DNA of 63,693 bases, filler included, from Octopus bimaculoides (Eukaryota): assembly GCF_001194135.2 (NCBI RefSeq). It is 5 parts of 4 records of this genome, joined end to end, with 100 filler letters (N's around TTAATTAATTAA, not from the genome) between each part and the next. Parts side by side here need not be neighbours in the genome. Positions count along the whole stretch, not along the records: positions 24,205 to 45,434 come from NC_068986.1; positions 45,535 to 61,708 come from NC_068982.1; 3 more parts are not named here. One strand, given 5' to 3'. Under the pieces are notes generated by a model. The model saw nothing but the letters and a program-made list of their open reading frames with translations, made no database searches and had not been told where the DNA came from. The number at the start of each line of letters is the position of its first letter. Within the stretch, counting starts at the first letter, position 1. This document shows, piece after piece, positions 40,544-53,449 of the stretch. The translations under genes and the position numbers were made by a program.

Positions 40544-40924
40544 TTGTTGTTGGCACTCCATCGCTTACGACGTTGAGGATTCCAGTTGATCCGATCAACG
40601 GAACAGCCTGCTCGTGAAATTAACGTGCAAGTGGCTGAGCACTCCACAGATACGTGTACCCTTAACGTAGTTCTTGGGGAGATTCAGCGTGACACAATGT
40701 GACAAGGCTGACCCTTTGAATTACAGGTACAACAGAAACAGGAAGTAAGAGTGAGAGAAAGTTGTGGTGAAAGAGTACAGCAGGGTTCGCCACCATCCCC
40801 TGCCGGAGCTTCGTGGAGCTTTAGGTGTTTTTGCTCAATAAACACTCACAATGCCCGGTCTAGGAATCGAAACCGTGATCCTATGACCGCGAGTCTGCTG
40901 CCCTAACCACTGGGCCATTGCGCC
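40544..40924 (-). mobile_element. tRNA-derived SINE, family 1, full length
   Basis: Head ggcgcaatggcccagtggttagg...ggtttcgattcc, (AAC)n tail, and TSD tccttgat (40536-40543, 40925-40932). Confidence 0.92.
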
Positions 40925-42449
40925 TCCTTGATAAACTAGGAAGAAAAGACAAAACAGGCTGATTGTGCAACAATGCATGTTTATCGTTTGAATGCACACC
41001 TGTCATTTGCATAACTAAATGTAGATGAAGTTGCCTCTATTACGCAAAATGAACAGTGACTTTACAATTGTTTATACCCAGTACAACACAGCTATGTTGT
41101 ATATATTTTGTATTATATGTATACACCCAGGGTGTCAGATTGACCAGGTGGTTGAGGTGTTGAGCTCAGAGGTTTGGATTCTCTGTGTGGGTGTCACATT
41201 GTGTCCTTGAGCAAGCATTTCATTTCTCACTGCTTCAGTCTACCTCGGTCTAAAAAGCCAACTGCTAGAGCAACCCTCTCTCTTCCTCTGGTTGTCACAT
41301 CCTTGATGTCCTGCTGGAAAAAGATGGGAGGTTTGAGTGTGTGTCTATGTCTGCTGTGACTACACAAGCACCTGAGACAATTATTGAGAGCATGATACAT
41401 GTTACTGAGGAATGATTCAGGTTTAACCCACCTCACACAAGAGGCTTTTGTGATATATGTATAATTGAATAAGTTGACCCTTGTATCTGATTACAACTTA
41501 TTTTATGGAAATGAAAACTCCAATGGTTTTTTTACCTCAAAGTGAAATTAAATATCAATTCTGTCATTTCTACAGCTTCACTCAATTTTCTTTTACCTCA
41601 ATTTTCTTTTACGTGCCAGTGTTGCATAAAAAACTTATACCAGGCCATGTAAAAAGTAACTAGCAGACTCTGTAAAATCCATTCTACTATAAGCACAAGG
41701 CCTGAAAATTTGGGGGAGGGGACTGGTCGATTAGATTGACTCTAGTACTCAACTGGTACTTAGTTTATCGACCCTGAAAGGATGAAAGGCAAAGTAAACT
41801 TTGGCGGAATTTGAAGTCGAAACATCTTTAAGACAGACGAAACTCCGCTATGCATTTTGCCTGGCACACTAATGATTCCACCAACTCGTTACCTTAGCAT
41901 ACACTCTGTAAAATAGTTGGCATTAAGAAGAACATCTGGCCAAAGAAACCAAGCCAAATCAGATTGGAACCTGATGCTGCTCTCCAGCTTACCAGTTCTG
42001 GTCAAACCGTCCAACCCATGCCAGCATGGAAAACGGATGTTAAATGATGCTGATGATGGTGATGAGGATCCATTCTGCTCCTTATTTTTGGTTGTAATTT
42101 ATTCTTGGTTCTTGTTCTGGTGCCAGATTTTGATATCCACCCAGAAGCTTTGGTTAGAACTAACTTCAGAACATTTTCTATAGACTTAATCAAAGACTTA
42201 ATCTCCAACATACTCCAAATTCTGACCCACAAACATGCTGTGTCTCCTCAACTTACCTTTTCCAACAAATTCCCAATCCTTCCTAAAATATCATCCCTCT
42301 GGAATATCGCGTCTCCTGCCCACAGAATATTATTCCTGTCTTTGTCTTGTTTTTGTTTTTCTAAGTTTACCAGACATCATCTTACAAACCAAATTTGTGT
42401 TTTGAGGCAAATTATTGCAAATAAATAGAAAACATTTTAAAAAGCCCAC

Positions 42450-42820
42450 ATGGGCATGGCTGTGTGGTAAGAAATTTGCTTCTCAACCACATGGTTCTGA
42501 GTTCAGTCCCACTGTGTGACACATTGGGCAAATGTCTTCTACTATAGCCTTGGGTCAACCAAAGCTTTGTAAGTGGTTTTAGTAGACAGAAACTGAAAGA
42601 AACCCATTGTGTGTGTGTGTGTGTGTTTGTATCCCACCACCACTTGATAACCAGTGTTGGTGTGTTTACATCCCCATAACTTAGCAGTTCAGCAAAAGGA
42701 ACTGATAGAAGTACTTCAGAAGATAAATACCAGGGTCAAGTCATTCAACCAAAATTCTTCAAGGCGGTGTCCCAGCATGGCCACAGTATAGTGACCGGAA
42801 CAAAAAGTAAAAAAGGAAAA
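42450..42820 (+). mobile_element. SINE family 2
   Basis: Similar to 29924-30338. Confidence 0.85.
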
Positions 42821-42929
42821 AGGATATCAATGTAAAAGATTGGTTCTTAATTCCATAGAATATAAAAAGGCTTTTGACAGCATCTACAGAGAGACCTTGT
42901 GGAATATCCTGCAACACTACCACATTCCT

Positions 42930-43418
<489 letters not shown>

Positions 43419-43469
43419 ATGTCAACATTATCAAGAATCTCTACTTGCTCTTCAGTTTTAAAATGCTGC

Positions 43470-43570
43470 AATGAAACAGAGACACAGGTGACACCGATTT
43501 CTCTTCAATCCAGTCAGGTGTGAAACAAGGTGCTACACTGTCTCCTTTCTTGTTCTTGCTTGTTGTTGCA
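43470..43570 (+). mobile_element. LINE reverse transcriptase fragment
   Basis: FSIQSGVKQGATLSPFLFLLVV (GVxQGxxLSPxLF motif). Confidence 0.75.
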
Positions 43571-44446
43571 CTTGCTTATCAACTTCATGGTCAACTTCAC
43601 AAAGAAACCCGACACTAATTCAAAAATATAGAATGGTCAAGTGTCCACAAAAAAGAAAGATTGACCAATATTCTGGGGTCTTTAATATTTAAAAAAATCT
43701 TTTATGAAAGAGAGATCACTGAGAAGAGTGAAGAAATGAAGATGTCTTTCTAGTTAAAACCTTCAACAGAATGGATTCTAGACGTCTCCAGATAGGTGTA
43801 AAAGACACATTTATTCCCATTCTAGTCTCTTGACTTGATTGGTGTCAATTATTCTCTGGGAAGACAGGTTTTAACCAAAACAGTTGGCATTGTACAGCAT
43901 TATTCTACCACAACATTTCTCTCTATAGTTATGACTGGATTGTGAAAGTGTTAGAGATGGGGGTGGCAGTGGTGGGGTAGGGTGATGGTGGTGGGGTAAG
44001 GTGACGGTGGTGGTGACAATGATGGCAACAGTGATTGTTGTTGTTGTTGTTGTTGTGGTTGTTTAATCTGAACTCTGCATGACTGAACCAAAATGTTTCC
44101 TAGTAGGAACCGTTCCATTTTATTTTTAGACATTTTTAGTCTTGGCCTGCATCATAAAATGTGTCCTTCCATTCTAAAGACGACAGGTCCTGATTTAAGG
44201 CAGATTTTACTGTTATTTTTAGCAAATCAAGTAACCTCCAAGTAGCTTCCACCCTGACTCATCTCTGGTTGGTTGACTGTGTCTTGTATAAAAAGGGAAA
44301 GTGTGGGGAAGTGGAGGTTATAGTTTTTAATTTTTATATTCTGTTCCTTGTCAAGTGTAAAATGGGTTGAATATTTCTGTAAATTCACACATTTTACATA
44401 AATTATTAAAATGCATGTTTTATATCTGGTTTGTTTTTCTTAACAG

Positions 44447-44533
44447 ACAAACAGAAATGCCTGTTTTTATTTGGTAAATGAAGCAGGAATAACGAAGTAC
44501 TTTACCGAAAGTCATGGGGCCTGGATACCAAAG
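44447..44533 (+). CDS. Candidate 87-nt exon of a plus-strand gene
   Basis: gtttttcttaacag| acceptor and aag|gtaagt donor. Open in phase 0-0: TNRNACFYLVNEAGITKYFTESHGAWIPK. Confidence 0.5.
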
Positions 44534-44865
44534 GTAAGTTTTAAAAGCCTATCTCTTGCCCTTGACATCAGCTGGTTCTGTGTCCTGCACCGTGGCCTCT
44601 AAAAATGTATTTGTACCATCAAGTCTTTGGGTTTCCTTTAATGAAACTAATGTAGCAGGACTCATCACCTCCCCACCATCATTGAACTTGCATTTGTCAC
44701 TTCGCAGTTTCTAAGCTTCATCAAGTGTACGGCCAAGCAATCGCTTGATCAAGTGTACGGCCAAGCAATCGCTTGATCAAGTGTACAGCCAAGTTATTGT
44801 CCAGTCAGAAGCCAAACATCACGTGAAGGTTCAATCTGGATCCTTCTGGAACGTTTCTCTAAATA

Positions 44866-45081
44866 CGAGGGGTGCTGAAAAGTTCCCTGCTTTAAGGGTG
44901 TCGTGAAAGGCCTAGTTGGAGGCCAAACCTTATGAGTTCTTTTACAGAGCTTAGAAAAACTGCAGGACCACTGCTATAAGTGTGTGAATCTGAGAGGGGA
45001 ATATATTGAATAAAATCATAATTAACTGATCCTCCTGTATTTTCTTTTACCCGAAGCCAGGAACTTTTCAACACCCTCTTG
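44866..45081. mobile_element. Mariner-derived MITE
   Basis: TA flanks (44864-65, 45082-83) and imperfect TIRs cgaggggtgctgaaaagttcc / ggaacttttcaacaccctcttg. Confidence 0.82.
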
Positions 45082-45231
45082 TAGAGTCTATTTTGGCCCC
45101 AAACTTCAGTGTGTCCTTGGTCGCAGTCCAAAATATTCTGTCCTAGTTGTTCTAGTGATTGCATACTTAACCAATATTCAATTCTAGTGGCACACATGAA
45201 GCAACACATGTATATCTATCTATCTGTTTGC

Positions 45232-45305
<74 letters not shown>

Positions 45306-45831
45306 CTTCTCACGGACGTGCTGTCACATCGGCTGCGAAGGTAAACGTTTATTTGACCTTTTATTGTCCACATTTTGTTGGAATTTTTTAATAATTTTGT
45401 TGCGAAGCACCTAGGCTTCATTTGTGTGTATTTTNNNNNNNNNNNNNNNNNNNNNNNNNNNNNNNNNNNNNNNNNNNNTTAATTAATTAANNNNNNNNNN
45501 NNNNNNNNNNNNNNNNNNNNNNNNNNNNNNNNNNATATATATATATATATATATAGATTACTTTCATATTCACTGAAATTTCCTTCTTGGAGAAAGAAAA
45601 AATATAGCTGCAACTGAAAGCGACCCTTAAGGGAAAAGGATAGTTTTGAGAAATGAGAAAATAGTTCTCTCAAAATTACTTTATAACCTCAGAATAAATA
45701 ATGTTTTGCATAAACATTTTAAGGAGTTTCATCAACGCTTTTACATCTGATTTTTTTCATGCTGGCATGTGTTGGATGAGATTTCTTGTGGTAGTACTAT
45801 AGGTGCCCTATAGTACTGCCTGTATAATTAC

Positions 45832-45889
45832 CATTAATAATAAGGTCTGTAAATAGCTTGTCTTAAAATGCTGTATAGTGTGGTGATTT
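45832..45889 (-). pseudogene. EIF3J: Duplicated eIF3j 58-nt exon with nonsense change
   Basis: Identical to 52334-52391 except tta>taa (KSPHYTAF*). Both splice sites and flanking intron are retained. Confidence 0.9.
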
Positions 45890-47904
45890 CTGGAGAGAGA
45901 GAGAAAGAGAAAAAAAATTAGGTGAGATTTTTCAAATTTGATAGTTGCACGTAAGAGACAGCAATGGGCGTGTCTCGGGATATTACATCGCCCTCAGTAC
46001 ATGACTGGTACTTATTTTATCGACCCCGAAAGAAGAAAAAGCCAAGTCGACTTCGGCAGAATTTGTTCGCTATATTTATATATCAGCATAATATAGTTTA
46101 ACAACGCTCACTAATCAATTAAATATTGCTTTCATATTTTAGCACAAAGTCAGCAATATCGGGGGTGGGGTGGGGGGCAAATCGATTGCATCGACCCCGA
46201 AAGGATGAAAGATAAAGCCGACCTCAGCAGAATTTGAACTCTGAACGTAAAGATGGACGAAATGCCGCTAAGCATTTCGCCCGGAGTGTTTAACGATTCT
46301 ACCAGCTAGCCGCCTTTATTTTTAGATATTCTTTTCTACTCTAGGCACAAGGCCCGAGATTTTTAGGGAGGGGGCCAGTCGATTAGATCGACCCCAGTAC
46401 GCAACTGGTACTTAATTTATCAACCCTGAGAGGATGAAAGGCAAAGCCGACTCGGTGGAATTTGAACTCAGAACGTAAAGATAGACGAAATACCTATTTC
46501 TTTATTAGGCATAAAGCCCTAAACATAGATGGGGAGAACCACAAGAACAGACAAGACCATAGTGGGGACAAAAAACATAAAAACGAAAGTAAATGAGATG
46601 AAAGTTATATAAAAATGAAAAAATGAATATTGACGCATGGGCATTAGCATTTGAACCGTTATATGGATTATCTACAATTTTTCTTTTTTTTCCCCTTTAA
46701 TTTCATACTTTTTTTTTTGTCTTTAGTAGAACTTCATCAATGGTTCGATATCTCTTAAATTCACCAGTGGTGGCAACTCTTTAAATTCCACCTCCACACA
46801 CTTCTTTCAACTTTCTGTAGTTTTCCTCTTCGATCGATATTGCCTTCATATCCTTCGCGTAGACGTATGAAGGCACCTTCACTCTTACTATTGAATGAAA
46901 CTTGATTATCTTTTTCTCTGTTTCAACATTTTTGGGGTACGTCGCAAGATACCATACTCCATCTTCTTTCCTTTCTCTTGGATTTTTGGTTTTCTCTTTT
47001 CTTCCTCCATAAATAGTCTCTTCATCTCACCTTCATGCAGTTGGGTTTCTGACTTTCTCCTTCTTACTGCCCTCCTTTCACAGTTTCTTTTCCGGCTGAG
47101 AACTCATTCTTTTCTTTTTAACCATAGTGAATCCCTTCGCCGTTTCTTTTTCTGTTGCTTTGTTCCTGCCAGCTCACTGCCTTCTTTATTTTTAAATATT
47201 GAAAGAGATGCGAATAATTTTTGGCTGATGTAATTTGCTTAAGTTCTTTTATTCATTTGACTGCGGTCATGCTGGAGCACCGTTTTTAGTCGAACAAATC
47301 GACCCCCAGGACTTATTCTTTGTAAGCCTAGTATTTATTGTATCGGTTTCTTTTGCTGAACCGACAAGTTACGGGGACGTAAACACACCACCATCAGTTG
47401 TCAAGCGATGGCGGTGGTGGGGAAACAGAAATATATACGGGCTTCTTTCAGTTTCCGTTTACCAAATCCACTCACAACACTGGTCGACCGGGTATAGAAG
47501 ACACTTGCTTAAGGTGTCACTGAGTGGGACTGAACCAGGAACCATGTGGCTGCTAAGCAAGCTTCTTTCCACACAGCCACACCTGCACCTAAATTAAAGA
47601 AATAAAATGGGGGAAACAACTTAAATGCGCCATTGGCTTTAACTTGGATAGCTAGAAGCTGATGCACTGTATGTCGTATGTGAAGTCTGGTATACCGAAA
47701 CATCTTACATAATTGTCCCTCGACAGCAAATATGTACAAGGAAAGCCTTTCCAGGGATCAATTCCTTATTTCTTGAAATTATCTCTCCTCCTCTTTTCAG
47801 TGTCGCTAGTTTTCGTTTTGTTTTTCCACACGAAAGTTAAATTTTAAGCATCTTAGGATTTCTTGCGTGCAATATTCAGTACATCAAATCTTTATGCGAG
47901 TTAT

Positions 47905-48238
47905 TGTTGTTGGCACTCCGTCGCCTACGACGTTGAGGGTTCCAGTTGATCCGATCAACGGAACAGCCTGCTCGTGAAATTAACGTGCAAGTGGCTGAGC
48001 ACTCCACAGACACGTGTACCCATAACGCAGTTCTCGGGGATATTCAGCGTGACAAGGTTGACCCTTTGAATTACAGGAAGTAAGAGTGAGAGAAAGTTGT
48101 GGTGAAAAAATACAGCAGGGTTCGCCACCATCCCCTGCCGGAGCCTCGTGGAGCTACAGGTGTTTTCGCTCAATAAACATTCACAACGCCGTCTGAGAAT
48201 CGAAACCGCTGCCCTAACCACTGGGCCATTGCGCCTCC
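47905..48238 (-). mobile_element. SINE family 1 with 12-bp TSD
   Basis: TSD tatgcgagttat at 47893-47904 and 48239-48250. Confidence 0.92.
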
Positions 48239-49002
48239 TATGCGAGTTATATACCAAAGCTAATTATTTATTTGTAACTGTCACATAGAACAGCCATTCC
48301 TCAATACAAGGGAAATAATTCTATTGTGAGATGATTAAAACAACCAACGTAGAAAAGTTTGAGGACATTTTCTCTAAGTGTAAAACCTCTTCAGTTCAGG
48401 ACTAACTCTCAATAAACAGAAAGTGATAACTATTGTATATGAGAGACTTTGAATTTGCAGGACTACTATATGTTAATGTCAGTAGTTCTATAATGGGTAT
48501 TCCGTCGGTTACGACGACGAGGGTTCCAGTTGACCCGATCAACAGAGCAGCCTGCTTCTGAAATTAACGTGCAAGTGCCAGAGCACTCCACAGACACGTG
48601 TACCCTTAATGTAGTCCTCAGGGAGATTGTGTGAAAAGGCTGGCCCTTTGAAATACAGGTACTACCTATTCATTTATGCCAGCTGAGTGAAATGGAGCAA
48701 TGTGAAATAAAGTGTCTTCGGGAATTGAACTCATGAATCTTACAATCGTGAGCCGAATACCCTAACCACTAAGCCACATGCCTTCACTATAATTCTATAG
48801 CAATTGAAACAAGTGTTAAAACCTTTTGAATTTTAAAAAATATCATTTTCTACTCTGAAAGAATGGAGGGATGAGGGAAAGAACAGTGCCAATAGCCACC
48901 TTCCATACTTTTATTTATTTAGATTCTACTAAAATGAGGGATAAGAACAATTGAGTGAGGTTAAATATGATTAGTAATTAATTTGAATAACCTTGTTGCC
49001 AG

Positions 49003-49041
49003 CTGACACCAACACTCATTTACAAGTATTGTGATGTCAAG
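49003..49041 (+). CDS. Candidate 39-nt exon, plus strand
   Basis: ccttgttgccag| acceptor and aag|gtaagg donor. Only phase 0 is open: LTPTLIYKYCDVK. Confidence 0.3.
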
Positions 49042-51247
49042 GTAAGGAGAAAAAGATATTGCCAACCTGAAATATATATACATATATATTCAAATAACAA
49101 ATGAAATACAGATGGAATATACGAGATTTTATTATTAATAACGACAGTTGTTTCGACACATCTAGCATCGATTCCTCTTGGGTGGGACACTCAACAGGTT
49201 CAGGAGTAGCCGGTGGTGCAGATGTATCTCGTCAGGTGATAAATAAACTTGTTAAAAAGACTGTTCCACAATGTAACTTTCCGTTTTGTAGAGAGAAAAA
49301 CAGCCAGACGAAGGAAATATCTTCATTTATATAGATCAAAAGTAAAATCACAGATGACAAAAAGAGAAATGAACACACAATCCAGCGAGAAAAGTATATA
49401 TTTATATACACACACAACAGGCTTCTTTCAGTTTCTGCCTTCCAAATCCATTAAGACTCTTGTCCAAGACACTACTCAATGGGTTTGAACCCCAAAATTT
49501 GTGGTTGGGAAGTGAACTTCCTAACCACACATCCATACCTGTGCATGTATAAAGAAAACAATTCAACACAACATTCTTAATAAGAAAATAATAAAACCAT
49601 TTAAGAGTCTTTGTAGAGTAGCAATGGCAAGAGCAAATATTTTAATTTCAGATTTCTGAATAACCAAAGTTGAACAAAACCAAACCAAAAATATTTTCAA
49701 CAAATTCACAATTTTCTTCAAATTGAGACAATGTCAAATCGGGAAATATTGTATTTTTGCATGGAGGATTATTTCATATTCTTTTCATGTATCATTTTAA
49801 AAACTGAATCCTGAAAAGGGTTTATGAATAAATCCCCGTCTATCACTTAAACATTTCTACTTTTCTAGAAGTTGGAAAACCAGATGTAAAGAAATGCCAT
49901 ACATCTCTCTGAATCATCAGCCAACAGTAGTTGGATATGACTATTTAGTTTAAAAAGTACCCATACTGGCCATTTTTTCATAGTAATAGACTACTTGGAA
50001 TGAATGTTCAATAAAAGTTTTAGGTAATCACTTTATGATGTTAGATTTATATTAAAACATTATTGCTCATGCTTATAATTTACTAAATTATTAAGAAAAT
50101 TCAAAAAGATCAAAGTTTCAAAACGTTTTGAATTAGTTACATTCTCAGTTGTTTTGCATCATTGAGAAGCAATTTGCTGAGTTGATAGTATGTTAGCATA
50201 ATGACCAAAAGTTCATAATTCTTTTCAGCACTTCACTTCAGGTTGAATCTAGGCTACCTTGTAAATAGAGGTTTACATTCAGCAATGCCTAGATAACAGT
50301 GCAGAGTTTAAATCTTACAGAGATCATGGAAGAAACAATTAATTATCCAACTTCAAAAACTGACACTTTGCAGTGCTGAAAATTATGGGACTAAAGGCCA
50401 TCAAAACTACAGAACAAAAGAAATGACTACCAATGTTATATGATCTTACTGCATTCAATTGTATTGTTTTGGGTTAAGTCAAAGCAAATACTAGCAAACC
50501 AAGCAATGGTTTGCTAGTAATAGGTGATGTACCAAGCTGTACGGTTTGAATCCATGACCATCTAGAAAGTCAAATAGAAAAACAATTGTTCTAAAATAGC
50601 AATTTTAATTAAATAGTAACTTTTGTTGGGTAATTATTCTCCAATAAGCAAAACTGATTAAAAACTGTTACAAACATAACAAAACATTTGATGAAGTAAA
50701 CAAACAAACATACGTAGAGAATATTTATTAATAGAATATTTATATTATAAATAATTTTTATAATAGAGATAGGAGGAGGGGGAAAAGAAAGAGGAAAGGA
50801 AGAAATTAAGAGAGCTGGAATTGAGATAATGTTTGTCAGCAATGGCACCAATAAGCCGGTCTTCTTTAAGATTCTCTACATAATAGTAAATTGATTTCTT
50901 TCTTTTACAAATGGTTCAAAAGTCAGTAGAGAAGCCATCCAAGGCACATGGACCAATGAGTTAAGTGCCATTGAGATGTCATCCACCATGTAAAAGCATC
51001 GTGATTTATTTAACCAACCTATTTAAATGTACAAGTTCATTTATTGTTCCAGTTTGCATGCTCCATCAAACAGCAGTGAAGGTGACGTCAATGTGGGAAA
51101 ATACAAAAGTCAGATACCCTGCACCACAAGCACCACCACCAATACTGTTTTTTAAACTTTCTATCATGCTGACAGTATCAAATTAATTATTAAGTAGCAA
51201 TCTATAGCCACAGCCAATGGACCAGGGGCACACACATCAGATATTTC

Positions 51248-51355
51248 TTACATAAAGTCTTCTGCAAAATCATCATAGCGTATATCATCTAAGTCATTTT
51301 CTTTACCAAACTTTATAGATGCTTTAGTTTTCTTTTTCTTCTTTTTCTCATTTTC
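51248..51355 (-). CDS. EIF3J: eIF3 subunit J, terminal coding exon
   Basis: ctctttttag| then ENEKKKKKKTKASIKFGKENDLDDIRYDDFAEDFM*: Lys run and acidic xDFM end typical of eIF3j. Confidence 0.93.
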   Translation of the reverse strand, partial: ENEKKKKKKTKASIKFGKENDLDDIRYDDFAEDFM

Positions 51356-51967
51356 CTAAAAAGAGGAGAGAAAAAAAAAACACTAAAATAAAATGCTGCT
51401 TCAAAAAATACTATTAGACAAACTAGGATTACTATTTTGAAAATAACATAACAGGCAAATGCATGGCTGTGTGGTTATACACACACATACATGTAAGTAT
51501 GTTAGTGTCTGCAATGACACTGCTTGTGGTAATGTTGCCCATACCTGCTGTAAACAAGTCTGATACATTTATCATTTGACATACAAAGATGTAGAATAAA
51601 GTCCCTTACTTGAACACAAGGGTTGGCGTCAGAAAGGGCACCTATAGTACTGCCACAAGAAATCTCATCCAACACATGCCAGCATGAAAAAATCAGATGT
51701 AAAAGCGTTGATGAAACTCCTTAAAATGTTTATGCAAAACACTATTTATAAAGCAAATAACAGCAAGTCTTAAGCAGTAATCATTGTATTTAAGTCATTT
51801 ACTTTACAGCTCTCATTACTACGTTTTTAGAGGAGTTAGAATTGTGGTATTAATGTGCAAAGTGACTTGAAAACTAATACTACAATTCTAACACATCTAA
51901 AAATATTGCTGCTTTAGTTGGTTAAAGACTAGTTAAATCATATTAAATTCTAAATTAGAATATTTAC

Positions 51968-52041
51968 CTTTTGTTGTTTCAGTTTTTCATGGTACATACT
52001 GCTAAGTGATGCATTAATTTTTCTAATTTCATCAGATTCAA
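51968..52041 (-). CDS. EIF3J: eIF3 subunit J, 74-nt exon
   Basis: ag|tt-ESDEIRKINASLSSMYHEKLKQQK|gtaaat, phase 1-0. Matches eIF3j LEIDDLKKITNSLTVLCSEKQKQEK. Confidence 0.93.
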
Positions 52042-52333
52042 CTAGTGGCAAGAAAAAGTTTAAATTAAAAATTATCAAAATATTTTACAATCAAATCTAC
52101 TTAATCTAATATATAAAAAAAAACACACAGTTTTAGTGACACTGAAACATGACAAAATAAAGAAATAAAATAAAATAAAATGTTCCGTTGCATGCAACTT
52201 TTATTATCAAAAGTTAACTTGTAAATACTGAACAAGAGTTCAAAAATTTAGCACAATATACACTTGCTTGAAAATAGCTTTATGCACATCTGTGATCACC
52301 AAGAGAAAAATATAAAGTATTGTTTATAATTAC

Positions 52334-52391
52334 CATTAATAATAAGGTCTGTAAATAGCTTGTCTAAAAATGCTGTATAGTGTGGTGATTT
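52334..52391 (-). CDS. EIF3J: eIF3 subunit J, 58-nt exon
   Basis: ctctctctcaccag| KSPHYTAFLDKLFTDLIIN+g |gtaatt, phase 0-1. Matches eIF3j KSLYYASFLEVLVRDVCIS. Confidence 0.92.
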
Positions 52392-53348
52392 CTGGTGAGA
52401 GAGAGAGAGAAAAAGAAAAAAATTAGGTGAGATTTAACTGATTTGTCTTAATTTTAAATACCAGCTTCAACTTTGTTTTAAATCTGACTAGCCAACAGCT
52501 TATATGCCAAGAATGTTATATAAAAACTTTACGAAAAACTAGGACATGCTGATTTGCCCATGGAAAGGAGTGGGCAAATCAGACAGTCAATTAGCATTAT
52601 GATATACTATAGTAGAACTTCTGCCAATGTGGGAAGAAGGACATTAAAAACAATGAGATAACTGCTTCTTCAGTGGTTTACAATACGCTGGCTTTGTTTT
52701 TGAGAAAGTCACCATTAACAGGATTTTAATTTATGAAGTTCTAAACTTAACACTTGTTATCAATCTCTACAAAATTTTTACTGGTTTAATAAAATTTATC
52801 TATTCATATTTTATATAAAACTATTGAAATAAATCTTGTTATTTTGTTAGTGATAGCACATGATTTCACTAGATAAACACTTGTTGTGTATCAGTGTATT
52901 TATGTAGTGTTAAATTTGTGGTTGAACTTTTAATTTGAAATGTCATTGCAACCTTCAAGGTGCACCTACTTTTAATAGCATGAATCTGTTTATGTACACA
53001 ATTCTTCAATGCTGTCATTGCATTGAATTTAACTTTATTTTTCACACAAAAATTCCATGAAAGTAACTTTTTCAAACATCACAAAATAAAAACATAAGGA
53101 GTTTCAAAGAACCAAATCAAGCATGCAATTATTTTAAAATTTAACTGAGACATAACTGTGTGTTTTAGAAATACAATAAAAGATGATCTGATATTGCATC
53201 AAGTACATCTCAGCATACCTTACTGTCTAGTTTTAACATAACTAGACTTTTTGCTTATACATCAAACAACTGTAGTTAATAGAACATTACATAACCTTAT
53301 TTTAAAGTCTATGCATATAAGGAAAAGAACAACCATAGAAAATATTAC

Positions 53349-53449
53349 CTCAAATGTTGTTATCTTTTCTTTTAATGCTTCTTCAAATTTTATAAAATCT
53401 TCTTCTGATTCTGGACTCATTTGGTCAATACCAGCTCCCTCCACTAATC
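53349..53449 (-). CDS. EIF3J: eIF3 subunit J, 101-nt exon
   Basis: ctctgttttag| (G)LVEGAGIDQMSPESEEDFIKFEEALKEKITTFE |gtaata, phase 1-0. Matches GIDAMNPSSRDDFTEFGKLLKDKITQYE. Confidence 0.95.

Noticed and set aside
42257-42378. Minus-strand frame NLEKQKQDKDRNNILWAGDAIFQRDDILGRIGNLLEK ending at a gtaagt donor
   Set aside because: No credible acceptor or in-frame ATG upstream, and no recognised homology.
47710-47840. Minus-strand frame KRGGEIISRNKELIPGKAFLVHICCRGT before a gtaaga donor
   Set aside because: Purine-rich upstream context gives no acceptor, and there is no in-frame start.
52200-52270. SVYCAKFL segment as the eIF3j KSxYY exon
   Set aside because: No phase-compatible splice sites; the true exon is 52334-52391.
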